Below, piece by piece: positions 27,144 to 41,411 of a stretch of DNA of 64,000 nucleotides. Source of the stretch: Chrysomallon squamiferum (lineage: Eukaryota; Animalia; Mollusca). The notes under the pieces are model-generated. The model worked only from the letters and a program-made list of their open reading frames with translations. It did not search any database and was not told where the DNA came from. Both the position numbers and the translations under genes were made by a program. The stretch lies in contig CM022669.1 in NCBI GenBank assembly GCA_012295275.1, forward strand, positions 14,756,001 to 14,820,000. Reading direction: 5' to 3'. Positions within the stretch are counted from its first letter, which is position 1. Each line of letters begins with the position of its first letter.

Positions 27144-28260
27144 ATGACGGCCATAATGATAATTTTCATAAATTTAATCTCCTCCATTTTGTTGAAATAT
27201 CCTTTGTTCGGTTCAGATGCTAAAACAAAACATAATTTAAAAAATACATGTCATAAATCTGTGGTCAAATCAAACATTTTACACGTAACAAATAAGCTTG
27301 TGTTATTCTATCAGCATAACCATGGATCTGTAATAACGGTAAATGTTTGAATTTATCAAACTGCCACTATCGTTATTACAGGTGATGATGATGATGATAT
27401 TTTTGCTTTGTGAACATCATCACTACCATCACTGTTACTGCTTCTGCTACTACTGTTACTACTATATTACTATCTCATCATCAACATCATCGTCATTAAT
27501 ATCTTTATCATAGCATTATTATTATTATTGCCATAATCATCGACATCACCATCATCATCATCATTAAACTAAGAATAATATAAATTTAATATCAGCTTTA
27601 GACGAAGACATTAGAAACTTCACTGACTTCGTGGCCTTACGGACAAACCCTGTCTCCAAGCTACTCGTAATTTCAACCAGAGTTCGTTGGTTCTATTCTG
27701 TACTGGTGATCGCATCAGTGATCAAAGTACTAGCAAATTAAGATCTCGTCTAAGTGTTAGAAACACCAGTCTGCTAACACAATCATTTCGACCTGTTAAT
27801 AGACTCCCAATGATACGATACATTGCTTCTAGGTGTCTTGAACTTCCAGAATGTACGTTACTCTTGTTCGAAATGGAACCGTGCCAGATGGATTTATGAA
27901 TGGAGGTTCTGTTTTGAATAATATATCGTGTGTTCCCGTCCTGGATAATATATATACATACAGAACGCTTTTCTTTTCTTTCTTTTTATATTAAAAAAAA
28001 AAAAAAAATTTAATATTTAAAATTTTCTTTTTAAATTTCAGTAATTTTCGTACTAGAATAACATAAACAACAGCTGTTGTTGCTATTACACCCTCCATCA
28101 TCAGAACAACTACTACTGCTGGCACCACTACAGCTATTACTACTACTGTTACTACTATTAGCATATTAATTACTACTACTTCTTCTACTGTTACTACTAC
28201 TATTACTACCAATCTGCTGCTACTAATATACAAGAACTACAACAATACTAATATTTTACT

Positions 28261-28291
<31 letters not shown>

Positions 28292-29160
28292 ATGTATGTA
28301 TTTTTTCCCTTAATTTTGTTTTCACTCAGCATGTAATGTTTCATTTTTGTTACTATCACTACTATCAATGGCATTCCATTTTTATCGATGAACCTCGTTA
28401 CCTTCGTCAATCAAGTCTAAACAGAGCGAAAAAGCCAAAAAAAAAAAAAAAAAAAAAAAAATTGAAGCTCAATAAATCATGGAAAACTTCAAAAGAATTT
28501 GTCTTCATTCAGCGACCTGAATTTTTTGTCCTTAAGGCATGCAGCATAGCATGTGAAATGTAAGGTTCATACCAAAACTGGTGAACTTCAGGTCGCGCAA
28601 GTTCGTCTGCTAATCAAGGGAGCAGAAGACAAGCGAAGTGTACAAATCGTTCACGCTTTGTCCGTCACTTTTGTGTCTGGTTACATAAATAACACTCTTT
28701 GATGGCTCTGCTCGTCTTTGTAGTCTGGCTTCCTGCATGCTGTTGGTGTTAAAGTGTTGTGATGACCTACAATTATGGGTGTCAGCGCTTTTTATTCACG
28801 TTCAGATAATAACTACAATATGGCGACCACTGCGGCGAATTAACTATATAATACGTACTGGCTTCTCCGACACGTCTGTGCAGTTTTCGTGTTCGTTCAC
28901 TTTACCAATTCACATACCATTCACGTTCGTATAAAACGTGCACTACTGGAAATGCTGATCAAGCGATTTCTCTGTATTTTATTGAAAGAAAAAAAAAAAT
29001 CCTTTTACTTTCGTTACGTATTATATACACAGAAGTACAGAGAGGAATAGCATAATCAGCATTTTTTATGTATGTATATGTGTGTATGTATATATATATA
29101 TATATATGTATGTATATATATATGTATGTGTGTATATATAACACGCACATATGACAGTAC

Positions 29161-29194
<34 letters not shown>

Positions 29195-29426
29195 ACACAC
29201 ACACACACACACACATATATATGTGTGTGTGGTGTGTATAATTTTGCACATTCATAAGAAAATACACACAGTCTTATATACTGCCTCTGTTATACACACA
29301 TACACACACAGACGAACTCACAATTAATCATTTCTACCAGTTAATGACCTGCTTCGTCAGGACGGGCTTAAATCAAAACTAATCTAAATGAACCACGAAA
29401 TGAGAAGTTCAAAATAGAGTGGTAGA

Positions 29427-29463
<37 letters not shown>

Positions 29464-30083
29464 CAACTCATGTTCCAAGCGTCTGGTTACCGTAACTACT
29501 TTCGTTCGTAAACTTCTACAACTTACAGATGTATTTACTACTGGGCTGTGTTGAAATCATATTTATTGTTAGCAGAAATACAACACGAAATGTTTCGTCG
29601 ACGCTCTGTTAAGCAGGTTAATAAGAAAAACGTTTGTGTGACGTGTCGAACAAAACTCTCCGCTTTCCACACTGAACAGATTTCTGACAAAGAATGAAAG
29701 AAACGAAAAAAAAAAAAAATAAAAAAATAAATAAAAAATAAAAAATAAAAATAACGCCTCAATTTTAAGGTCGGCGCGGACTTTAGTCGCAACAGCATTA
29801 AATGTTGTTTAATATTCAAAAATTACTAATAAAGGAATCGGTGAAAAATGAAACTTTAATGGTCCCGCTGTTGACTGGGTTTACGTTTCGTACGTACCTG
29901 TTCTTTTGACAGTTAATTCAAAGATGTTAAGAGTCAATTAGATGGACAGGCTTTCTGGTTAGTCCTCTGACACTAACCTGGTGAGCAGCCACTGCAGATA
30001 CACAGATTACATATTCAGCGATATGAAAACCAGCTCAAGTGATTGAATGTGATATTAAGACTTCAATCCATAGCAGAGATTCT

Positions 30084-30335
<252 letters not shown>

Positions 30336-31020
30336 AGGGCATGCATTATACAGGCAGCATTATCGTAATTCAAGAGAGTTTCTAAATTAAACCTTTGTGT
30401 CTTTAATAGACATCAGTTTTTATCATAAACAACGGTTCTGTGCCAACATCTTATACACAAAGCCGGTACCACAAATACAGAATAAGCGCTATTATTTTTA
30501 ACTTAAATAATATTATTTAAACAACTGTTTTGATGTTATCCTCCCTAAGGCTAAGCTGTCAGATTTCATTGTAGTAACACCTTTGTTGGTACTACCTTAA
30601 ATAAATTCTTCTTTATTTTTGTTTTTCGCCTTCTCCTAAAGGTCTTGGATTGTTTTATTAAACGGAATGCGTGAAGATAATGTACCACGTTTACAGTCGA
30701 CTGTTCGACTGACCGCACAGATTGAAAGTCTGCCTTCAGTTAGTGGAGTTTGTGTGGTCTTGTGCGTTTTTTTAACAATAGCCAGACTATTGTTCATTTA
30801 ACACTTTCAGAGCTAATGCTGATACAGCCCGAAGCTGATTGCATTGAATTGTTAAATTTTTGTTCTCAAATATTATTTCAGTTATTCTTTGTAGTTTACG
30901 ATTATTATTATTCAAAGAAAAATAATAAACCGAAATACCAATAACATGAGGACATTGACAACGACCACTGTCACTGCTGCATCAACGATTACTGCTGCTG
31001 ATAATAACACTACTATTTCT

Positions 31021-31079
31021 CTACTACTACTACTACTACTACTACTACTATTACTACAACTACTACTACTACTACTACA

Positions 31080-31135
<56 letters not shown>

Positions 31136-31240
31136 CACTATTACTTTCTACTATTATTACCACTATCACCACCATCATCACCACCACCACCACCATCATC
31201 ATCACAGCTGCTACTACCATTACTATTATTATTACAACTT
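31021..31240. repeat. (CTA)n/(CCA)n trinucleotide tract
   Basis: Directly visible; explains ORFs 30912-31220 and 30946-31329. Confidence 0.92.
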
Positions 31241-33671
31241 CAGCTGTTACTACTAGCTCTCCTCCTTTTGTGACTACTTGTAAAAAAAATAATAACAGAA
31301 AAGAAAACTTAAGTTTATTTTTATGCTAGATTAAACTGTGGGATCTAGACAAACTGGAACGTAAAATAACAATAGAGTCTCGATTCTTGATATATTTGTC
31401 ATTGAAATATACATATTATATTCGTTTTAAAGTGGTTGTATTTTATAACTACGAACAAAGCTCATAAATATTAATGACCCCAGACAAAGTAAATCAAGGC
31501 ATGTTGACAGCTTGTAAATTATCACTTTTAACTCTAGAAATTAAACAGTCTCGTGAATTAAACCAAATCAGTGCAGCAACCCTTGGACCATTTCCCATTC
31601 TAACCAGTACTGGCGCATGTAGAAGATCACTTGCTCCGAATCAAAAAAGAAAAACCAGTCATACGGGGATGACAAGTTTCCATTTTAATGGTCCGCTTAA
31701 CGATATAACCGAGGACTATAAAAATGAGTTGAGTGATAGTAAAAACCACATGACGCCATAGAGCCGAGGACTGTAAACGTGTGTTGTGTGTTTTGTTGAA
31801 ATATATTTGTCCTTCTTTTCTTCGTACCCTCAGTCGGATAAACTACACTTTTGACTTCATAAATCATATTTCTAGCCTCATAAATTATGCTTTTAATCTA
31901 GTAGATTATACTTATAATCTGAAATATTATACCCATAAACTGCTAAATTATACTTAATAACCACGTAAATTATAATTTTTTAACCAACCCTTTCGATGTC
32001 TTGTAATGTTAAATGGTTGTTGATATCTACTATGTGTGTGTGTGTGGTGATATTAAATGATTTAGCTGTGTATGAAGCAGATACACCTACACTTGTCTGT
32101 GTCTCTCTGTTGTCTATTCCTCTCTCTGTCTGTCTGCCAAAACTCTTTAAAAAACATTCACACAACATGAAAAAATCCAGAGTAAGCTATTTCCTAGGGA
32201 AAGACAGACGTATTAAAGACTTCATGCTGATAGTCCTTGGAGTGGTACTAGTCACTGACTTTCAGTATAATCTGTCAGAGAGAGAAAACAACAAATAACA
32301 ATCCCTGATATATGCACAAAACAGCAAACATTTCCTACAGGTTGCGGACGGTTATTTTTACTTCAGCTCGTTATAGAATTTTTAAAGATTAGCCATTATC
32401 CAAAAAAACAACAACAGAAAAATAATGTTGATTTTCGGAAGAGAAAAAAATGTTTTTCTTCAACATATTAAATATCGTTCTGGCTAAATGGTTATTGGTT
32501 TTATTGTGCAATAACATTCCAGTAATATAACCAGGTCGTGGAATGAAGATGGTTATCAGCAAAGCGTGTAATAGGCCCGGTCCGTCTAACCTTGGCACGC
32601 CCTTTTCAGAATTTCAGAAACACGACAGTTTAATGTCAGTGGTGGACCATCTGAACCTGGGCTGTTTACAACGTCACTGGAAACTTACGTCGGGTTCGGG
32701 AGTCTTTAAAGTGATGGCTTCGTCTTTGAAATATAATCGGATTTCAGCGTCGCCTTGGAAGTGCGGTTTATTGTGCGATCATAAAACCAATAGATAACAT
32801 TTTTGTGTGTATGTTTATGTGTTACTGCAACTGTTTGAAAAGTGTGTGTGTGGGGGGGGTGACGGAATAAACGATGTTCTGTCATGGACGTAATCTTATA
32901 ATTTTTTTTTTTTTTTTTTTGAGCAAAATGAAGGTTTGTCAAGATGTCTTGGATTGAACTCGTATTTTGATTTTCTGTGTGTCTGACAGAATAATAAAAA
33001 AAAAAGATTTAATAGACGAAGAAGGTAGGATCAAGTATCATAAAGGGACATACAGTGCATAAAGTATTTTCTCACGTAACTTTGTTGTTTTTGCATTGTC
33101 GCCATGAAATAAATGTATTTATTATTATTATTATTATTATTATTGTTCTCCCGGTGATCTTCATAAACAAAAGGTCAATCAGTTATTTCTTTTCTTCAAT
33201 TAGTACATACTTAGTTTCATAATCTAATCATTGTGACACTTTTAAAAATTAGCATTGTCTTTAAGATATCAAGCAAGATTTAAAAACGTCGATTAAATTG
33301 TATTAATTAATCACGATTATTTATTTGGCAAATTTAATACTGATCTTAGCACGAAGACAAGAACATATCAAGGTTAAAGAACATGTGGTAAAAAATATAA
33401 GGTTTGGCACAAATGGTCAGGGGCCTGCTTTAGGTTGTCAAGTAGTCACAGAGGCTAACTTAAAAGTCCGACCTCCAGGCTGAGTGTCAGCGGTGGCTGT
33501 TGTGAAATGCTGTCACATTATGTTGAGTGCATTTCTCGTTTATACGATGCCAGCGTTAAGCTGAATTCCACAAAGTGAAGTCTTTTTCCGAGTGTAAATA
33601 CGAAAGTGTAACTGACGCATTCCAGCTGAGCACATATACTAGACAGACTTTGAGAGTTTTGTGTGTGTGTG

Positions 33672-33716
<45 letters not shown>

Positions 33717-34395
33717 CCTCCCTCCCTCCGACAGTCACTTTCTTTCTGTTTATCCAAACTTATCTCTCTCCCTATGTTTCTTTTATTTAAAAAAAAAATT
33801 AAAATGCTTTCGTTATTTTAAAATACACTTTGAATACACCGTTCTAACTGAATATACAGTTAACCAATATGAAGTATTCTTATTTACACTCAATATTACA
33901 TATATTATATATTAGCCCATACCTCCTGTTGCTTTATTTTTTACAATCAGTACCACAATACTCAAAACAAAACATACACAATGAACACTGGCATAGGGAA
34001 ATTAATTAACAAGCAAAGCCGTAGGTATTAATAATAATGATGTACAACAGTGAAACTTTGCTGGCACCTTGGACAGCTCCTTATACCTAACATCCATGCT
34101 CTTCTCTTAATGATTTATTCAAATTCTATGTATGAGAAATCCATACGCCTCTGGTTGACAGAAATATTTTGCCTTGGTGACACCGCATTTGTCACGGACA
34201 CTGTAGTGGTAGCTGTTTTTGTACGACGGCCCACACGCCGCAGTGTGATTGATGGTCTGCTAGGACATTAAATTAGAGAACAATAATGCGTCTGTTGGTC
34301 TGATAATGGGAAACGGTTTTTCAGCGGAAGCTTATGGCAATGACATCGTAATACGATAAGACAAATCAACGTTCTTTGTTTCTTGTTTTCCTTTT

Positions 34396-34601
34396 ATGTA
34401 TGTATGTATGTGTGTATGTATGTATGTATGTATGTATGTATGTGTATGTATGTATGTATGTATGTGTGTGTATGTATGTATGTATGTATGTATGTGTGTG
34501 TGTATGTATGTGTGTGTTTGTATGTTTATGTATGTATGTATGTAATGTATGTTTGTATGTATGTATGTAGTAATGTATTTGTGTATATATGTTTGAATGT
34601 A

Positions 34602-34634
<33 letters not shown>

Positions 34635-34940
34635 ATGTGTGTATGTGTAGTAGTAGTAGTAGTTGTAGTAATGGTCTGATGATGGTGGGGATGATGGTGT
34701 TGACGGTGGTGGTCGTAGTTGTGCTAACAGTGACGATGGAGCCAGTAGCAGTATTAATAATAGTAGTAGTAGTAGTAGTGGTAGAAGTAGAAGATAGAAG
34801 TATAAGTAATAGAAGTAATAGCAGAAGAAAATGTAGTATCTAGAAGTAGTAGTAGAAGTAGTAGTAATAGTAGTAATAGTAATAGCAGTAGCAATAATCG
34901 TTGTAGAAATAGAAGCAGTAGTAGGAATACAAGCAGCAAC
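34396..34940. repeat. (TATG/TG)n followed by degenerate (AGT)n
   Basis: Directly visible; explains the 210-aa ORF 34332-34964. Confidence 0.92.
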
Positions 34941-36064
34941 AATTAATATATTATTTGCTAGCATTTATTTGTAGAGTATTTATCAAAACAGACAGTCTGT
35001 ACTGATTTTCGAATAATTCTCAAAATAAATCGAACTGTTCGGTTAGCGTATGATTTCAGCCGTCGTGAAATATTTTCTTCTTGATTCCCTGAAGAAAAGT
35101 GAAACGTGCATACTTAGAAATCATATCTGAAAATGCGAAAATTGCTTTGCGATTCAGTCAGAGGATTCAGTTAAAGGTCTGTACTGCACAGGGACATGGT
35201 CTCAATTTCGCTTAAAACTATTTTCAGTCATAAGAAAGTATTGACTTTTTCACTGATGTACTATTTATTGTCACTTTTAGAATAGCTTTCTTCAGATAAA
35301 ACATGGATGACAAGACAGTGATAAATTTTGCAGTTCGGATATTGTATTGCCTAAGTTAATGGATCCAACGGTTACCTTGCACCAAACCAATTTGCGATGG
35401 CAATCACATTAACATTTTCCAATAAATTCGAGTTCTTATCTGTTCTTTCATACTGTTCATGTAATAAGTTAATGGTGTCTTGGATTTAATCATCTTCGTA
35501 AGCAAGGCAATACTGCAGGTCATTACTAAGAAAATCTTGCATTTTAGAATTATCAATTTTCTAAAAAGTCATAAAAAGTTCTAGTTCTTTTTTCGTGTTG
35601 TGAATTAAGGAATCAGAAGATAACCCTTCTCTGATTTCATTTTTCTATGTAGGTGATTGAACACCTATATTTGGAATTTAAAACCGAAAACAGTCATAGA
35701 AAAACCCCTGCCATAAGATAGTCAACAATTGTTTTGTTTTTAATGAAAGTAACAAAGGCGCAAATTTAAAAGGGTTTTCATTTGAAACATTTCAGTTTTT
35801 CATAAAAAAAAAAAAAACACCCACAAAGTTAAAAAGGGTTTTAACTAAAACAAAAAGACCAGAGTTTCATCAGTCATATACAGTTTGAACTGTGTCCACA
35901 GATTTACTGTAAGACAATTTAATCAGCTAATAATCGCATTTTTCTTCCAGTTGTTAGGACTTTGGAGCACACGCAGATCTCGTTCATAAAATAAAACAGT
36001 GAGAACTTACTCTGTAGCTGTCGTTCGCCACAAGCCTGACTGAATTAAAGAAACAAAAATGTTG

Positions 36065-36203
36065 TAAATCAATCAGAACAGGTGTTACAACTGCCGTTCA
36101 TAGTTAAACCAATGAGAACTTGTGTAGCAACTGTCGTTTCATATTTAAACCAATCAGAACTGGTATTGCAACTGTTGTTTCATTATTAAACCAATGAGAG
36201 CTG
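36065..36203. repeat. Diverged ~41-bp minisatellite, about 3.4 copies
   Basis: Units start at 36065, 36105, 36146 and 36187; consensus TAAACCAATSAGAACTKGTRTWGCAACTGTCGTTTCATAWT. Confidence 0.9.
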
Positions 36204-36821
36204 ATTTTACACTCGGAGATCCTCAGCCCATATAAGGTTCGAAGACTCCAATAAGGAATTTAAAAAATAAAAAAGAAGAAGAAAAAGTAATAATAAAGGT
36301 AACTAAAACAGCTATAAAAGAATTCCGATGTCAACTGTTAGTTATTAATGATGAAAGTTTTGAACTTAAAACATTACATAATTTAAGCTTTTAATGGTTT
36401 TTTACTCGCTTCCTTTCAAATAAACTCATATAAATGTTGTTGTTTTTTTTTCAAAAGAAATAATCATTTCATTTCACCGTTTTAATTTTTTGTCATCGCT
36501 TTTCTGTTTTTATTTTTCTACCTTAGCCGAGGTTTTGAAATACTTTGGCAACGCGTTTAAGCCTTAATTAACTTGCCTTTGATAATGCATTCCGTGCACT
36601 GTTCTTGATTAAACCGCTTCGGCTGCAAAATAGCTAAACATGTACTTGAACTGTGGCCCAGGTGAAAATGAGTGGAATTAAACTGAATGTATTAAAATAA
36701 TTTTATTGATGGGTGGTCCGGCCCATTTCTTTTTTCTAAGTTGGCCTGGTGTGCTACAGAATGCAAGATCGAAACTCTTTGGTTATTAATATATATCTGT
36801 TGATTAAACTACTGTTTACAA

Positions 36822-36856
<35 letters not shown>

Positions 36857-37019
36857 TTTGCACGTGTATATTTGTATGTATGAATGTATGTATGTATGTA
36901 TGAATGAATAAATGAATGAATGTATGAATGAATGAATGAATGAATGAATGAATGTATGTATGTATGAATGAATGTATGAATGAATGTATGTATGTGTACA
37001 TTCATTCATATATATATAT

Positions 37020-37090
<71 letters not shown>

Positions 37091-37163
37091 AAAAAAAAAA
37101 AAAAAAAAAAGAGAGATAAAAAAAAAAATAAATTTTAACAAAAAAAAAAAAAAAAAAAAAAAA
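36822..37163. repeat. Compound (TA)(CA)(TATG/TGAA)n(AG)n poly-A tract
   Basis: Directly visible; AG run 37028-37086. Confidence 0.93.
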
Positions 37164-38219
37164 CATTCTTGAAAACAGAACGGTGAAACCTGATAATTTA
37201 ATTATCTAAACTTTTCTGACTTAGGCTGCAATCTTTTGAGAACTTTCTGTTTGTGTGTGCAAAGCCTATGACACTCGTGATGACAGAATGATTTTTCATA
37301 ACGGCTTTTGAAGTTTATGTTCCATTCACTCGGCCCGTACCCGAAAAACGTACCGGCAAAAGACGAAGTGACCTCACCTGACCTTGGGAATTTTCAGCTT
37401 GAATACTTATATGATAAGAAGCTTATCATTGCGCAGTTATATCTTTTGAACGTATACTGGAATACATAAGGAAAAGAAGTGAACCGAAACGACGCAATGA
37501 GCTAACTAAAAATGCTTCGTTGATTTTCGACAATTTACGTCAACTGGAGGTAAATTGACCTACAACTGGGTTAATTTTTTTCTTTCTTTTTAAATGTCTA
37601 CAAATTACATATGTTGTTCGAAAACTATGAATTAATTTTTTTATTATTATTTTTTTTTTATTTTAAGTTGGCCTTTTACTTTCTCTCTTTCTTTTCATTT
37701 CTGTTACATACCCACATACACACACATATACACACATATACACCCACATATACACCCACATATACACTCACATATACACACACACACACACACAAACAGT
37801 TTTAAAAGGTCGTTCGCAAAACCAACTGGCCAATCTTTATTTACAATAAAGCAAACTGGTAAATGAATACATGTCGGCTAGCATTTCATACACAGAGTAA
37901 AAAGATCCCTGATAGACTGAGTAATATTTTCCTAATCCTTTCATTCATTTCTCTAATGATAGCTTGTTGTTTTAATGTTAAACGTCATTATTAGTAAACG
38001 TTGATGTCGAGTAAAAGATTGATGGCTACCTCATTAATCGCTCTATGCACATATATTCCTATATACATGTGTACTTGTTGTAACTTAGCTTATGTAACTA
38101 TGTACATGTATTTGTCATTGCAAGAGAGATGACGCTTATTATTCATGCGTAGCCTAAAATGCCATTCATAATTTTTTTTCTCTGTTATAACCTTACGACT
38201 TTTTAACTTTCTTTCGTTG

Positions 38220-38330
<111 letters not shown>

Positions 38331-39658
38331 AGCTTTTTAAAACATATTTTTCTGTCCTTTTACTAACGTATTTCATAAGGACTTTCTTTCTGAAGATCTA
38401 AATCATCTATGTTGCATCTGCACCTGTTAGTGTAATAAAATATATCGTTACATAGTTTTCTATTATATTGGTTAAAGAAAAAAAAAAAAAAAAAAAAATA
38501 AGCATATATATAATAATTATTTAGTATTACGTATTTGTGGCTAACCATTCATTATATATATATATACAGGTACAAGTGCTGCGTACAGGTAGAATCCCAA
38601 CTCGGTTTGTTACTCTAGCGTGAGGCTCTCGTTGTTAAAGGAGCAGCTTGGCGGGAAGATAAATATTGTTGTTCGTCTGCTCTTTGTCGTGGAAAGTTCG
38701 TCTGCTGTTTCTGTTAGTTACTGTTAGTAAATGGTGTCACTTATGTGGTAATTAATATGTCAACTAGAAGCGTTTATGACCATTCGGGTAATAACATTCT
38801 TTTCAGACGGTTCTTTTATTTTTATTGCAGCGTGTCATCCTGCTAATCTTATGAATAAAACCAACAGATAAAAGAACAAAAAAAATAGAAATGAGGAAGA
38901 AGAATGACTTACGCAAGCAGAATATAAAAATAAAAATTATAATAACACTCTAGTACTTTATTTGGTCTGTTCTATATGAGAGTTGACTTTGTTGGTATGG
39001 ACCGATATGAAATGAAAAACGTGGCTGGATTTTGCCTGTAAGCTGAAACAGACCTCCCAGTCATAAGGGTCCTCTATAAATTTCACTTCAATTATTAAAT
39101 TACGTATCATTATTCTCTGTTAGTACTCATCCAATAGGATCTCGAAGGTTTTTCCACGGATTAAGAGTTTCAGCACGTCTAAATCAGGCCCTGGTGATAA
39201 ATGTTCGAGGTCATGTAAAAAAAAAAAAAAAAAAAAACACACAACAAAAACCTTCGTATGAAAAAATGTGATATTATGTAGAACGCAGAATAAAGAATCG
39301 AAAAACAGAACCTTATATGAAAAGTGTCAGGTCGTATTTCAGTGTGATTGCTTTCTAATTGTACGTCGTGGTGAAATTTGATTTAACTTGTAGCTTTTAA
39401 CAGCTCTAAGATATTACAGCATTTTGCTCCGCGAAATCCACGGTTGTTTAATGCTGGTGGAGTCTAAATCACGAGCTGACAACCTGTCCACCCACCTGAT
39501 CCATACTTCGAGGCACCGTTCATGTTAGGGTGTCGTGAAACGTTCGTTCAGTCAACTGTCCACCCTTCGCTACTCTGGGGGTGACAACGCGTTTTCCTTT
39601 TGTAAAGATTTCATCGATTAACAGTTCTCCTGCACTGGGGTACTAAGCAACAACAACT

Positions 39659-39690
<32 letters not shown>

Positions 39691-41374
39691 TTTTAATGAT
39701 AAGCTTTTAAATTGCTTAAATCTTCTTTAGATACTAAAATAAAGTTTATGTTAGCTGATTTTTTTTTTTTTTTTCCCCGAACGTGATATAAATATAATGA
39801 CAGAACGTGTTAATGCTGTCTTTGCTTATGATTACTGTTAGTACTGAATCTTAGAACTACAAAATGACATGACAGTTACGTTTTTGATATTACTGCATCA
39901 AGTTCAGTTGAACATTTTTTTTACACAGCACAATTTAATATTTTCACTTTTATTTCTCCTTCTCAGTTCTTCTTTCAGACCGATTTATTGCTCATCAGCA
40001 GCTTGCTCCCAGAACAAAAAGACAAACGATTTTAATCTTCTTTTATGAATAAAATCAATTTTTTCTTTATGATTCACTGTCTAGCTTTTCCCACAAGAAC
40101 AAATTAACAAGGAGAATTAATTGATTTATACGATGAATACGTGGCGTATCAGATTAACGTGATGATTAAACGGATCGTTGCTCGGACACGTGTTTTCTTC
40201 GTATCGGACACGCGTCACGATACCCCCAGACACGGGCGCGTGTTTACAGTCGGAGCGGATGTGGACAAGCCGGCCATGTTTTTTCTGGCGTTGGGTTACA
40301 TTAGAACCGGCTCCTGCCAGGGCGCTCAGCATGAACGCCAGTGTCCACCGCACAATGGACAATAGATTCCATTGTTTTCCGTTGTCTTTGAATTCCATGG
40401 CCAGCGAAGTTCCATTTGTTTTAGCGGCATGTGTTTGAAAACAAAGTCTTCTGCCACCTGCCTCGGCAAACACGGATACATTTCGGTTCTTAAGCGATGT
40501 TTATTCAGTGGCGCACCAGCATTTCGTACATTTCACAATATTTACACTTCCTTATGTAAGTACAAAACACTTAAAAGCTACACAAGCAAATTCATGCCAT
40601 AGCTGAGGTTCCTTCAACGCAAGCTGCCAGAATATATCATTAACTAAACAGAATCTTCTACTGAACAAATCCATCTCGATTTAAAATAATAGCAATCCGC
40701 ATATGAACTACAAAACTTGTATTTGGAAGCAGAATTGTAATGGTAGTTAGTATGAACTACAATTTCATAAGTAATTAAATGATTGAACTCCTGAAATGTG
40801 ATGGTTGTTACTAAAAAAACGATTTATTCGGTTTGATTTCAAACATATACTAATATACCAATTTCCTGAAAGTTTAGACTAATTTCTAATCTGCGGACAT
40901 TACTGGAATCAAAATGTGCGAAATCACTGCTAATGAATAACATAATTATTTGCTGCTCTTTATCGTATGTTCTGAATATTACTAATAATAGTTTACAACC
41001 AAACAAAAAACCAACAGTAAAATGAACACAATGACTTACAGATGTTTTTTTTATTTCTATGACATTATTTGATGATGGACAAATTATATAATTCTAAAAA
41101 ATTTGATTCCTCTGTGTTTGCAAAAGACTAGTAATAGAATTATTTTCAGAATAGAATTGTTTATACAAATTATCTTCTTTTTAGTAGATTTTAAAAAATA
41201 ACCTCTATAATAATAATAAAAATAAAATCGGTTGCTACTTTGTGATATCAACTGCTAGAGGTCTTAAGTCCTGTCTATCAAATGGCTTAGCAAGAAACAA
41301 GATTTTAGAAAAAGTTGTGCCATCACTGTAGCGAACATAAATTACAAAATAAAATTAGTTTCATTACAAATCAA

Positions 41375-41411
<37 letters not shown>

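Noticed and set aside
33400-33520. GC-richer segment that might be a SINE fragment
   Set aside because: No A/B boxes, tail or TSD visible and no second copy in the window; needs a repeat library search.
34332-34964. Longest ORF (210 aa) and the many similar poly-ER, poly-SL, YVCM, HT, poly-L and poly-T ORFs
   Set aside because: Translations of microsatellites with no domain content or splice support.
36065-36203. Regularly spaced repeats as a CRISPR array
   Set aside because: Units are contiguous and diverged with no unique spacers, no cas genes, and a eukaryotic context.
36776-36786. TCTTTGGTTAT matching the 5' end of miR-9
   Set aside because: Only 11 nt match and no complementary arm.
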